Of a stretch of DNA of 64,000 nucleotides, positions 42,091 to 54,660 are shown in pieces. A program made the translations under genes and the position numbers. How positions within the stretch are numbered: the first letter of the stretch is position 1; each line of letters opens with the position of its first letter. Origin of the DNA: Rebecca billardiae RCC1528. Lineage: Eukaryota > Protista > Haptophyta. The DNA lies in the NCBI GenBank assembly GCA_965240325.2, contig OZ251223.1, forward strand, positions 434,001-498,000. The letters are read 5' to 3'. Below the pieces are notes generated by a model. The model ran no database searches and was not told the origin of the DNA. It saw nothing but the letters and a program-made list of their open reading frames with translations.

Positions 42091-42774
42091 TGTCGGAGGA
42101 GTTCAAGAGCCCGAAACGACTGAGCTAAATCGGTTCGCGCGAACCGATTTAGCTCAGTCGTTTCGGGCTCTTGTGAACTCCTCCGACACAACCGTAAAGT
42201 CACCTGTTCGAATCCAGCGACCGACACGCGGGCATAAGAACTCTTGGCCTTTCAGGCGAAGCGCTTTCGACCTCGCGAGAGCCTCGCGGCTCCGGGGGGG
42301 GAATGAAAAGCGAGGAGTCGGCAAAAAGACGAACGAAATAGAGGGGAGCACAAAGGAGATGACCACGACAAAGAAAGACGACAGAAAACGAGCACGGTCC
42401 GCGACGCGCAACCTCCGGGTACAGTCAGTCGCCCGGGTCAACAACAAAGACACAAAAAGAGCCTCACAAAGCCACAGCAGTCAGCAGCAAGAAGGGCTCA
42501 CCGCCCACAAAAGACGGAGTCTCTACTGAGCCAGAGAGCACTGACGAGCACGCAGGGCGGGACACCTGGGAAAAGACCAGGCGGGGAGAGAAAAACCTCG
42601 ACAACAAATCCGTCAGAACACTGGACAGGACCACAGCCCCTCGCGGGGTGTCCAACAGGGGACTTACGGTTATGTCGGAGGAGTTCAAGAGCCCGAAACG
42701 ACTGAGCGCTAAATCGGTTCGCGCGAACCGATTTAGCTCAGTCGTTTGGCGGGCTCTTGACTACTCATCCGACA
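42091..42774. mobile_element. 684-bp TG...CA element with 5-bp TSD (ACTAC) and fully palindromic ~100-bp terminal repeats
   Basis: ACTAC at 42086-90 and 42775-79. Palindromes at 42091-42188 and 42673-42774, each centred on TTCGC|GCGAA. A-rich non-coding interior. Confidence 0.85.
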
Positions 42775-42980
42775 ACTACTCAGTGACAGCTGCTATATCG
42801 TCTATATATCCCGTCATCATCATCCTGCTGCTGGTTGCTTGACAGTGACGGGCGGGTGCGCGGAGCCTGCTGCTGCCACTGAGTGGTCAAGTGGGCCACC
42901 CCACACATATGAGCGGCGCCGGCATCATGAGCTGACTGATGAGGAGCGGTGCCACGGACGATGTGGCTCGGTCATGCTGC

Positions 42981-44069
42981 TCAAGGTCCATCAGTCCCGT
43001 GGCCCTTTGCTGCGACACCATATGCGTGTCCGGACGACGTTGCACTGGCTGCCGTGAGATTGTTTGAGCCCGGTGCTGCCGCGGGGTCACGCTGTTGATG
43101 ATGATCGGGTGCGAGGAATGACGCGAGGTGCGAGAAAGTGCAGACGAGCTGCGCAAAGCAGTAGCTCAGCGAGATGGCGACGACGATCAGAGCGTGCATG
43201 CGCAGGTTGGGGCCGAGATGGTGGTTGATATTGTCCGCCGGACTCGCCGTGGGCCTGAAGTGCGCGCTCAGCATGCCAACGTAGTGCATGCTGTTGACTG
43301 CGAGCGCAATGACGAGCGACGCGACCACACGCAGCGCCAGGGAGAACCACGTGAGCCCAGCGTATGCTATCTGCACGACGATGAAGAGGCCCGCGCTGGC
43401 GGCGACGAGGGCGATGAGGACGGAGGCCAAGACGATGGGCGCGTCGAACGCAAGCGTGTACGCGCCGTACATCGCGGTCATGCCCATGTAGTGCATCACG
43501 CACGCGCCGGTTGCGAGCAGCACGGACGCGAGCGCGAAGCGACCGATCGCGAACTTGCCCACGCGCGGCCTGACGCCGCAGACCTCGAGGTCGGCCGACC
43601 AGTACTGGGATGCAGAGATGTGCGCGGCGCCAGCTTTGTGACCAGCCGCGCTACCGCTCGCGCTGGCGCTCGGCGCCACGCTGTGCGAGGGCACGACCAG
43701 GTAGAAGACCAACGTGCCGATGGCAATCGCCGCGACGAGCGAGGTGATGGTGAGTGCCACGTTGTAGGTCTTGTGCACGGGCTGCCCATCGCATGTCTGC
43801 AGTTTGAGCGCCTGCATGCCCACGAAGTGCATCGCCCACACGGCGACGCCACCGATCGCCACGCCAGAGGCCAGCATGTAGGCGTGGAACGCGGCACGCA
43901 GGTGCGGCTGCCTGAGGACCGTGAACGCGTACGCGACGCTCGTGAGCGACGTGAAGGCGCCGATCGTGCTGATCACGAAGGAGAGAAAGACGAAGGAGCC
44001 GTCCCACACCTGCACGAGCTCTTGCGCCTGGCCACCTGGCGCACACACCGACGATGCCGAGGCGCCCAT
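42981..44069 (-). CDS. Stand-alone MHYT-domain membrane sensor protein
   Basis: Three repeats WAMHFVGM, VMHYMGM and SMHYVGM with intervening TM helices; no output domain; intronless. Confidence 0.88.
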   Translation of the reverse strand: MGASASSVCAPGGQAQELVQVWDGSFVFLSFVISTIGAFTSLTSVAYAFTVLRQPHLRAAFHAYMLASGVAIGGVAVWAMHFVGMQALKLQTCDGQPVHKTYNVALTITSLVAAIAIGTLVFYLVVPSHSVAPSASASGSAAGHKAGAAHISASQYWSADLEVCGVRPRVGKFAIGRFALASVLLATGACVMHYMGMTAMYGAYTLAFDAPIVLASVLIALVAASAGLFIVVQIAYAGLTWFSLALRVVASLVIALAVNSMHYVGMLSAHFRPTASPADNINHHLGPNLRMHALIVVAISLSYCFAQLVCTFSHLASFLAPDHHQQRDPAAAPGSNNLTAASATSSGHAYGVAAKGHGTDGP

Positions 44070-44532
44070 GATGAAGCGTGCACCTTTCGGCGTGGGTGGT
44101 GGATCCACCAAGCCGACGAATGAAAAGAGCCTGATGAATGAGTTCGTCAAAAGCAGGCGGGCCGATATTTGATGGCCTGATCACGTCGGGTATATACCGC
44201 TTACCACCTCATCCTCATCACGGGTTCTTTCAGTTGATTAATATATGCCATTCGACTTTTTTTCTCAACATCCCTTAAAAAAACGTCGCTCATACGCTAA
44301 TGAGTACATGGAAGGTACTCGCCCCTATGCTATCATAGGGGGTCGGATTGACGATCCATGTCTCTGATGAATACAAATGTGCCCACAGATGCATATCTGT
44401 AGGCGGGAACAGACTATTTCGACCTGCTCGCGAAGCGTCGTCAGTAATATCCACGGCACAACAGCTCCGATCGGTCAATCAGGGCCCGCAAATCGCATCT
44501 TCGACCCCACGCGCCCACTCGCGGCCTCAATC

Positions 44533-47500
44533 ATGCGCTGGGCAACGATCAAGCCCGCCCCCGAGGAGGCGGCGGGGTCGACAGAGATGGCGGCAGCGGA
44601 GAAGGCGCCTCGGAAGGGACCGAGCTCACCGCGCGACAAGGGCGGCAACGGCATCCTGCGTGCCGGCAGGCGCGGCGCGCGCGGCGGCGCCTCGCGCCGC
44701 CGCGTGACGTGGCGGCCAATCATCGTCGCGGACGACGAGGAGGAGGTGGCGGAGGACGACCGCCTGGAGTGGGACTATGCGCTGCGCGCGAAGCTGGCCG
44801 CGCGCTCGAAGCTCCTGCGCCTGCCCACCCTGCTTTTCGAGGAGGTGCTCATCCCGCTCCGGATCGCATTCCCGGTCGCGACGGTCGAGTCGGGCGCGCT
44901 CGTGGTGCTCGACCTGCTGGCTGACTGCTTCGAGCTGCTCTCGATCGAGATGGTGGTCGTACGCGCGCAGCTCCCCGCAATCATCACAGCCTCTTCGGGC
45001 GAGCTGCGCGAGTCGCGGGCGGACGACGAGAGCCGGCGTGACTACCGCGCCGCGCGCGCTGCGCTGGACTGGGCCGGCGTCATGCTCCTGCACCTCGCGC
45101 GCGTGACCTACTTCCTCGGCGGCGGCGTTGAGTTCTGGCTCGCCGTGCAGATCCTCCGCCTCGCGCGCGTGCGCGAGCTCGTGCGCTTCGTCGAGCAGCT
45201 CAACAACGACCTGGCCGTGGGCGCCTCGTTCGTCGGCCCGTTCAAGTTCTTCGTCGTGCTGCTCTCTGCGCCGCACTGGATGGCATGCCTGTGGTGGGCG
45301 GTCGCGCAGCGCGGGCGCGAGGTGCCCGAGCTGCCCTCGTGGGCGGCGCAGGTGGCCGTCGTGACGAACAACGGGGCATTCGCGCCCGAGGCGCTTGGCA
45401 ACGCGCAGAGCTACCTGCTGGCCTCGTACATGGGCTGGGCTGGGATGACAGGTGCGGCGCGCCCGTTGCAGCGCCGCGCCGCGCTCGCTCGCCGCGCCGC
45501 GCCGCGCCGCCCCTCGCTCGCCATGGCTGACGCTTGCGTCGCGCGCCGGCGGCCTGGGTGCGGTCCTGTGCTGTGTCCTCACGCGCAGCGCTCGGGTACG
45601 GCAACCTGGTGATCAGCGACCAGCTCGAGCTGCTGCTCGCCGTGCTGAGCGCGCTCGCGCAGATCGTCTTCTACGCGTTTGTGTTTGGCACTCTGCTCCA
45701 CTTCCTCATCCGCGTCGACCAGAACGTGCTGCACCACAAGATGGTGCTGCAGGCGTGCGACCGGTTCAGCAAGGAGCGCCGGCTGCCGTCCGCGCTCGCC
45801 GCGCGGCTGCGCGAGTACTACGCCTTCCAGCACCGCAAGCAGGCGGCGGGCACCGCCAAGATCTTCGCCAAGATGCCGCTCTCGATGCGCACCGACGTCG
45901 CGACCGCGCAGTACGCGCGCGAGCTCGCGCACTCGTGGCTCTTCCGCAGCTGCTCGGCGCAGCTGCGCTCCTCGCTCGTGCTGTCGCTGCGCGAGCGGTA
46001 CGTGCTGCCGAGCGAGGTGCTCTTCAGCCGGGGCGACGGGAGCACCGAGCTCCTCTGGTGCGCGGCGGGCGCGCTCAACGTGTTCAAGGGCGACAAGTAC
46101 GTCGGCGCGATCCGCTCCGACCTCGGGCCCGGCCAGCTCGTGGGCGAGATCGCCTTCCTGCTCGGCATGCAGCAGCCGCACACGGTGAAGGCGTCGGCGG
46201 GCGGCGAGGTGACGCTGATCGTGCTGAGCAAGGAGTCGTACGAGCGCGTGCTCGCCTCGTACCCAGAGGAGAAGGCGATGGTGCTCGCCACCTTCCTGCG
46301 CAAGTACGGCCTCGACCGCGAGGGCAAGGACGTGGGCGCGCTCGACGCCGAGCGCAACGGCAACCTGGACGATGACGAGCTCAGGGAGCTGAACGAGCAG
46401 AAGGCGTCGATCCAGCGCGCCATCCTTGTGCGCCACGAGCAGAGCCTCAGCGAGATGAGCACCAAGGTCGCGGCCGGCGACATCGAGGGGATGCGCGCGC
46501 TGCTCGCGCGCGGGTACGCAGTCGACACGCGCGACTTCGACTCGCGCACAGCGCTCCACCTCGCCGCGGCCTCGGGCAACAACGCGGTCGTCGCCTTCCT
46601 CGTCGAGGCCGGCGCCGACGTGAACTGCCGCGACCGCTGGGGCAGCACGCCGATGCAGCTCGCCGTGGTCGCGCAGCACGGCGTGGTGGCCGCGCACCTC
46701 GAGGCGAGCGGCGCGACGCTCGAGATGGCCGACGGCGCTGCGCTGCTGCACGCCGCCACGCGCAGCTCGGACACGCCGCGCGTGTTCATGCTGCTGCAGA
46801 ACGGCGTCGACGTGAACGCGCGCGACTACGACGGCGCGACGGCGCTGCACATCGCCGCCACGCACGGCAGCTCGCGCGTCACCGAGTTCCTCGTCAACCA
46901 CATGGCAAACGTGAACGCAGCCGACCGCTGGGGCCGCACGCCGCTCGACGAGGCCGTGCGGCATGAGCACCTGCTGGTCGCGCGGCTGCTCAGCCGGTAC
47001 TCCGCGGCGGCGGGCGAGAGCGTGCTGGCCGAGCAGCTCGCGCACGCGGCGCGCACGGCGAACCTGCCCAAGATCAAGTTCATCGTCGAGTACGGGTACG
47101 ACGTGGACTCGGTCGACTACGACGGGCGGACGGCGCTGCACATGGCCGTCGCGGCGCGCTCGCTCTCGTCCACGCACCTGCTGCTCGCGTCGATGGCCGA
47201 CCCGTCCGTGCACGACAAGTGGGGCCGCTCGCCGCTCGAGTACGCGCTCGAGGCGGACACCAAGCTCGCCGCGCTCGTCCTCATGTACGCGGACGACGCG
47301 CTCGAGGGCGACGCGGGCGCCGTCGGGCCGCAGCTCGCGGACGCGCTGCAGCGCGCGCGCCGCCAGTCCTCGCTCGCGCTGATGCAGCAGCTGCACAGCT
47401 CGCAGAAGGTGCTGGGCGCGGCGGCCAAGCAGCGCCTCGCGCTCGAGCACGAGATCCAGATCTCGCTGCAGATGACAGCGCAGACCGTGCGCACGCTCGC

Positions 47501-50500
47501 GCGCGATGAGCGCGCGGTCTACGAGCTGCTGGCCGCGCGCGCGGAGACGTGGGTGGACACGTACGGTGTGGACGACGAGGACGAGGCGGGCGGGCGCGCC
47601 GACGACGACGGGGGCCGCGACGACGACGAGGAGGAGGCGGAGCACAAGTCGACCGCCAAGGACTTTGTGCGCTGCGTGCTGCAGCTCTCGATCGCCGAGC
47701 GCGGGCTGGCAGCGCTGCGCGCCATGTACGACGAGGCGGTGCGCGGCGCGCAGAGCCCCGCGGACGAAGGCGCCGCGCTCGAGCAGATGCTGATCTCGCA
47801 TCTCGAGATCGAGCCCGCGGTGGCGCGCGCCGTCGTCGCAGAGCTGCAGGAGCGACTCGAGGCGAGCGGCTCGCCGCCAGACGACGCCATGCTGGGTGCG
47901 TGGGGCGAGAGGGGCGCCCTTGGCGGCGTGTCGCCTGTGCGGGCGGTCTCACGCTCGCACAGCGTGTTCCGCTCCACGTCCTCGGTGGGAGCCGCGGGCG
48001 GAGCCGCGCGCTCGGCGGGCAAGCTCCACGCCAGCGTCGGCTCGATCGACGAGCTGCAGCGCGAGTCGCGCGGCAGCGAGCACGACGAGCGCGGGCGTGG
48101 GCACGCGTCCGCGCTGCGCCGCCGCTCCTCGCTCACTGGGCAGGCCGTCCTCGCCATCGGCCGCGCCGGGTCGGCGGCGCGCCGCCGCGGCTCTGAGCTC
48201 GAGCGGCGGCGCAGCCGGCTGCACAGCGAGCTGCCCTTCACGCCAGACTCGCTCGGTGCGAGCGGCTTCGCGCTGCTCTTCACGAGCAAGCGCTTCGTCG
48301 AGGCGCTGCGGCACAAGATGAAGGCGGCGCAGGCCAGGGCGCCCACGCCGCCCGCCACGCCGCCACGGCCCGAGCGCGTGTCGGAAGCGTCGGACCGGAC
48401 GCCGACCGCGCAGCGGCGCCTGTCGACGGCTCCATGGCGGTGCAGCGCCGCGGCTGGCGCGGCCGCCTCGCCCGGCGCGGAGCTGCCGCCGGCTGAGGAG
48501 CAGCCCGCTGCCTCCCGCTGCTCGACGGCGCAGCCGCAGCGCAGCGCGCGCATCAGCTTCGGCAGCCCCAGCGGCCGTCGCCGAGCCTTCCTCGCCTCCG
48601 TCAGCCCGGCGACGCGCGGCAAGTTCCGCCAGTCGCGGATGAGCGCACCGGACGAAGTCGTGGCCGCTGACCTTGCGGAGGAGAGCGACGGGGCGCGCGC
48701 GCTCACGGCCGCGACCGAGGTGGCGCTCGGCGTGGGCGTGCTCGTCCGCCTGTTCCAAGTGTTTGCCAAGGGCAGCTCGGGGAGCGTGCGGCTGCGCAGC
48801 GTGCGCGCGGTGCAGCGGCAGGTCGGCGAGATGGGCGGCGCGGACGTGAAGGCACTGTACCAGCTGCTCGCGCAGGCGGCGACGGTGCCGACAACGGCCG
48901 ACAGGCCAGCCGACGTCGATCCGCCCGTGGCCGCGAGCCGCGCGCTGAGGGCCTCAGGGAGCAGCGCGCGCAGCCACAGCCGGCACAGCTCGCACGGCGT
49001 GGACTTGCCCATGTTCAGCGCGCTCGGCCCGAATCTGGACGCTCAGATCGCGGCGTCTCTGGCGATGCACGGCGAGGCTGCGCCCGCCGAGGCGGAGGCG
49101 GAGGCGGAGGCGGAGGCGGAGGCGGAGGCGGAGGCGGAGGCGGAGGCGGGGGCGGGCGCTGAGGACGAGCCGAAGCCGCTCGGCCTGACGCTGGGCGCGG
49201 ACGCGATCAGGCGTAGCCAGCAGCAGCGCTCGCGGCTCGGCGTCGGCTCGGTCAACCTCGAGCAGTTCCTACTCGCCGCGACGGTGTGGATCATGAGCGC
49301 GGCGATGCAGGAGGAGGAGGACGCGCCCGAGCTGGCGGACGGCGGCGACACCCGCGCGGGGAGCTCCGCTGCGGCTTCGGCCGCGCCGGGCGCGGTGGTG
49401 ACCAGCCTCGGCCTGAAGAAGCACGGCCTCGGCGGCGCAAGCGAGGGGAACACGGGCGGCGGCGGGCAGGACGTCGGGCCCACGCCGCTCTCGGCCGCGG
49501 CGCAGGAGCCAGGCTCGGAGGAGGGCCGGGCGGGCGTCGAGCTCTCGCGCGCGCTCGGCTCGGCCAAGGCGCGCGCCGCGCTCGCGCGAGCCATCCACAC
49601 GCGCGCCGAGACCGGCCGGCTGCGGCTGGAGGATGCTGCGGAGTCGCTGACGCTGCTCAAGCTGATCGTCCTCTCGGTCGCGACGCACGCGGACACGAGC
49701 GCCGCGGACGTGCGCCGCTGGTGCGCGGACAATCTCGAGCTCAAGCTCGAGCTCGCGGACGTTCGCGCCGGCAGGCCCGCTGAGCCGCGCGACGGCGCGC
49801 AGTCGGCCGCGGGGGACAAGGCGGAGGGCGAGGGCGATGCGCACAGCGTCGTGACGTGGGAGCGGGTGGCCGCCGCTCTGGGCGGCGGCACAGGCGACAC
49901 GGGCGTCGCCGCGCTCGGCGGCGTGGACGGCGGCCCGACGAGCCAGCCCGCCCCGGGCCTGCAGGCCGACGCGTCCGCGGCGCCCGACGCGCTCGGCTCG
50001 GGCGGCGACGGCGCGGACGAGGGCGGAGGGCGGCGCCCCTTCTACGTCCTCTCGCGCCGCGGGCCGGTGGCGCGGCGGATCCACGCGGCGTTCATCGGGC
50101 TCACGCTGGTCGACATCGTGCTCGTCCCCGTGCAGCTGTGCTTCACCGAGGTCACGCTGCGCATGCCCTCGCTCCCGGTGCTCTCGCTGTGCGTCGACGT
50201 GCTGTACTGGTGCCGCATGGGCAGCCGCTTCCTCACCTCGTACGTGAGCGCGGCGAGCGTCGAGGTGTTCGCGCCCGCGCGGATCCGCTCGCACTACCTC
50301 AACCACGGCTTCGTGCTCGACCTGCTCGCCAACTTCCCGTTCGAGCTGTTCGTCTGGGCGCTGAGCGGCCCGCCGATCGCGGCGTACATCCTGCGCGTGC
50401 CGCGGCTGCTCAACGCACGGCACACGGTGCGCGTGTACATGGCGTGGCGCGCGCGGCTCAAGGACTCGGACGTGGCGCAGGGGATCGTGCACTACCTGCT

Positions 50501-53325
50501 GGTGCTGCTGCTCGCGCTGCACCTGAGCGCGTGCGTGCTCAACCTGCTCGGGTACGACCCGCACGTCGCGGCGGAGTTCGGCACGGTCTGGACGGAGGAG
50601 TACCAGCGGCAGCGCGTGGCGGTGGGCGCGCCGAAGGGCGAGAGCGGCTCCGCGCTCGAGCTGCTGTGGGAGCACTACCTCGTCTCGCTGTTCGTGGTCG
50701 TCTCGGTGATGTCCACGCTCGGGCTGGGCGCGCTGCCGACGAACCTCGCCGAGATCGGCTTCTTCATCCTGCTGATGGTGGCGAACATGACCGTGTACGC
50801 GTGGACGGTCGGCCAGATCTCCGGCCTCGTGATGCGGCAGGACGACGACATCGTCGCGAAGCGCGCGCAGCTCGAGCTCGTGCAGTCCTTCATCAAGCAC
50901 GCGCGCGTGCCGCTCGCGCTCAAGGCGCGCATGTCCAAGTACTTCATCGCGCAGCTGCAGGCGGAGTCGCTGAGCGACGTGCGCGACGAGGACGTGTACG
51001 GCGGGCTGCCCAGCGCGCTGCAGATCGACATCGCCGCGCACACCACGCGGCCCATCATCGAGCACGCGCAGCTGCTCGGCGGCTGCTCGCGCGGCTTCTG
51101 CAGCAGGCTGGCGGCCATGCTCACGCCGCGCGCGCTCGACGCGGACATGGTGCTCTTCCGATCGGGCGAGGCGTGCCGCGAGCTGCTCTTCGTCTCGCAC
51201 GGCGCGGTGCAGGTGTACGAGGAGAGCGCCGACGGCGCCGAGCTGAGCGTGCTCGACGTGCGCGCGCGCGGCGAGCCGCTCGGCGAGCTCTCCTTTGTGT
51301 TTGGCACGCGGCACGTGTACTGCGCGCGCACGCTGCCTGGCGAGGAGACGCGCGTGCTCGTGCTCTCGGCCGACGCGTACAAGGAGCTGGTCGAGACGTT
51401 CCCGGGGCAGGAGGACGTGGTGATGGACAGCGCGATGAGCGCCGCGGACGGCGACGGCGACGGCGCGCTCACGGCGCGCTCGGGCCGCGCCTCCTCGCGC
51501 CGCGGCTCGGTCGCCGGCTCCGTGAGCGCCGACAGCGCGGCAATGGACCTGAGGTCCGTCGCCTCGGTGGACGTAGGCGGCGGTGAGGAGGCTGGCGGGG
51601 AGAGCGACATGCTGCAGACGGTGCGGGGCTCGGCACCCGACGCGCGCGCGCACGCGCGCGTCGCGCGCGCGCGCCCACTCACCCCTCGCGCGCTCCCCCC
51701 GCCCTCGGCCCTTCCCCTTCCCTCCCACCACCGCCGCCACCGCCACCGCCGCTCCGTGCCGCCGCGGTGACGCGGCGGCGCGCAGGTGGTCACGTCGGCG
51801 CGCAAGAAGCAGCGCGACCTGCAGCACATGCGGCTCTGCCTCGCGTGCGCCGCGGGCGACGTGGACAAGGTGCGCCGGGTGCTGGGCAGCAAGCACACCG
51901 ACGTCGACAGCGCCGACTTCCAGGGGCGGCGCGCGCTGCACCTCGCCGCGTCCGGCGGGCACGCGGCCGTGATCGCGCTGTTGCTCGGCCACGGCGCGAG
52001 CGTCGACGTCGAGGACGAGCGCGGAAGCACGCCGCTCCTCGACGCGCTGCGCGCGAAGCACATCGAGGCGGCGAAGCTGCTGGCCGAGCACGGCGGCACG
52101 TGCGGCTCGCGCTCGCTGTGGCAGCAGCACCTCTTCGCGATGGCGCGCGACCCGAGCGCCGGCCCCGAGCTGCTGGCGATGGGGCCGTGCGGCGTCGAGA
52201 TCAACGCCGCGGACGCGAGCAGCCGCACCGCGCTGCACGTCGCCGCGGCGGACGGCATCGCGGCGAACATCGACGTGCTGCTCAGCCTCGGCGCGTGCGT
52301 CGACGCGGTCGACGCCAACGGCGTCACGCCGCTGCAGGACGCGCTGCTCGGCGGGCACGAGGCGTGCTTTGAGCTGCTGCTCACGCGCGGCGCCGCGCTC
52401 GGCAGCCTCGACGGCGCGCGCCAGCTCAACCAAGCCGCGTACGCCGACGACACGGCGATGCTGGGCCGGCTGCTGCGGTGCAAGTGCGACGTCAACTCGA
52501 CCGACGCGTTCGGCCGCACGCCGCTGCACGTCGCCGTCTCGAGCGCGCACCAGGGCTGCGTGTACTTCCTGCTCCGCCAGCGCGGCATCGACGTGAACGC
52601 AGAGGACGCGTTCGGCCGCACGCCGCTCGACGACGCGGAGAGCCGCGGCGCCGACGAGCGCGTGCTGCTCGCGCTGCTCGAGACGCACGGCGGCGCGCGC
52701 GGGAGCCACCGGCAGCGGCTGCACGCGGCGATCGGCCAGTCCACGCAGGAGGAGGAGCGGCTCGCGGCGGACCGCGCGGCGGTGTCCGAGCGCAAGGCGG
52801 TGCTGTCGCACGCGCGCGAGCTGCACGCGTGGGCGCAGGACATGAGCGAGTCGACGAGCGCGTTCCGCGCGCGCGTGCAGGCCGCCGCGACGCACGAGCG
52901 CAAGCACGGCGCCGTCCTGTCCGAGGCGATGCCCGAGCTCTGGGACGAGGTCAAAGCGTACGCTGACCAGCTGTACGCGCACCGGAAGGCGACGCTCTCG
53001 ATCGTGCTGCCCGCGCTCGAGCGCATCGTGGAGCGGACGTCGCCGTACGCGAGCACGTCGGCAAGCACGCTCAACGACAAGGTGCGCCGCGCGCCGCAGC
53101 GGATCGGACGCCGCGCGCGCCGTTGCTGCGGCCCCGGCCCGCGCTCCGCGCGGCTCAAGGGCCCGCGCGCCGCGAATGCGGGCTGATCTCGCCCTGGCCC
53201 CGCGCGACCCCAACCACGCACCGCGCGGCGCCCGAGCGCAGTTCGTGCATCTGATGAACGTGCACGAGCGCCTCAGCCGCCCGCTCCTTCAGCTCGCCGA
53301 GTCGGAGTTCGGCACACGTCGCTAG
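44533..53325 (+). CDS. Giant two-module cyclic-nucleotide-binding/ankyrin K+ channel (AKT/SKOR-like module x2); introns 45452-45588, 51621-51785, 53082-53241
   Basis: Module 1: S4 ILRLARVREL, filter TALGYG (across an intron), cNMP GEIAFL, ankyrins. Module 2: LRVPRLL, TLGLG, cNMP GELSF, ankyrins. There is no stop between the modules. Confidence 0.88.
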
Positions 53326-53778
53326 GCGAGAGCGGAGGAGAGGCCAGTCGGTCCGCGTTATTCAAGTTTATGATAATCCAGCTCAACTTCCAGCAAGGGC
53401 GGTCTTTGTTCCTATGATAAACCGCGCATCCCTCGGTTAAAGTCATAGTATTCTCGCGTGATCATGTACTAGCATCATTCATAGTAGCAAAGCTGAAGTT
53501 TGAGCTTAAACTTATCAGAAGCTTTTTAGTGTATGAAACGTAGGTTCCATCACCCTGTTCCACTACGTTCCACTTCTTCTATTGTATTGTATTCCGTGTC
53601 AGTTCGCAGTGATTCTGAGGAAGATCTGAGCCTGAACCATGAATATTCATCATCATATCCATATGAATCCATGATGGGGGTTCATGAAGTTGGTTAAAGG
53701 TTGCATCCTTATGACGTCAAACGGCGAATCGGCAAACCTCGTGTCTTCCTGGTGCAATGCGTCCGCCAACCAACGGAC

Positions 53779-54660
53779 ATGAAGCGGAAGGCAACGACAC
53801 GTTCAGGGTCGCCGCCCCGCTACGCCGTAGCAGCGCCGGGCGAGAAGATGAATGACGGTGCAGCTGTAGCCGCGGCGAATGAGCACGACAACGACCTGCA
53901 GCCCCGCTGGAAGGTGAGCGCCACGGCTCGGCAGGCCCTGGAGCGCTCTTTCCGCATCAACCCGTACCCGCAAGCCGCGGAGCGCGAGCGTCTCGCTGTG
54001 CAGTTTGGCACCACCTCGCGTCAGGTGCAGGTGTGGTTCCAGAATCGGCGAGTGCGCGAGCAGAAGACGGAGGCCGCGAACGAACGCTGGCGTCTAGCTC
54101 TCTCAGCCGGCGAGGCCTACGCCTGTGATCCGCGCGCGCATGGCATCCCGCTCGGACTGGCGCCGGCTCACATGGCGGGGGGCTGCACGCATCACGGCAT
54201 CGTCACGCAGCCCGTGTGCTCGACGCCGCATACGCACCGCTACAGCGCGCCAACCCCAATCGATCCAAGCCGAGCGACTCTACGCGCCAACGTCGCGAGC
54301 GTGTCCGCGATGCAGCCACCAGGGCCCGTGCCCGTACATGCACCTCCGACGGGCGGGCACTACGTGCCATGGGTGCCACAGATGCCCACTGTGCCGGCCC
54401 TGCACCCTGCTTGCATTGCACCGTGCGTGCAGCCGACGTACTCGCCCTCACCAGCAGGTGCCTCGGTGTGGAGCCGTGACGGCAGCTTTCACCCTCCACA
54501 GGCACACGTGATGATGCCCATGGTGAGCCAACCCGCCCTGCACTACTCGCATCAATGCGTGCCGCCGCCGCCACCAGTGGGGAGCTGGCTGACCGCTGAG
54601 CAGCTGGTAATGGTCCAGCCGCCGCATGCTCATAGCATGTGGTCCACGCAGCCGATGTAG
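53779..54660 (+). CDS. Homeobox transcription factor (Q50), copy 1
   Basis: RWKVS...LERSFRINPYP...RERLA...RQVQVWFQNRR; Pro-rich C-terminus; intronless. Confidence 0.88.
   Translation: MKRKATTRSGSPPRYAVAAPGEKMNDGAAVAAANEHDNDLQPRWKVSATARQALERSFRINPYPQAAERERLAVQFGTTSRQVQVWFQNRRVREQKTEAANERWRLALSAGEAYACDPRAHGIPLGLAPAHMAGGCTHHGIVTQPVCSTPHTHRYSAPTPIDPSRATLRANVASVSAMQPPGPVPVHAPPTGGHYVPWVPQMPTVPALHPACIAPCVQPTYSPSPAGASVWSRDGSFHPPQAHVMMPMVSQPALHYSHQCVPPPPPVGSWLTAEQLVMVQPPHAHSMWSTQPM

Noticed and set aside
42195-42230. GTTCGAATCC as a tRNA gene
   Set aside because: No cloverleaf could be built around it; kept only as a B-box-like motif in the element.
49269-53213. 1314-aa antisense ORF and many other long shadow ORFs
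   Set aside because: They are Arg/Ala/Pro-rich with no motifs, as expected from stop-codon scarcity opposite real genes at this GC content.
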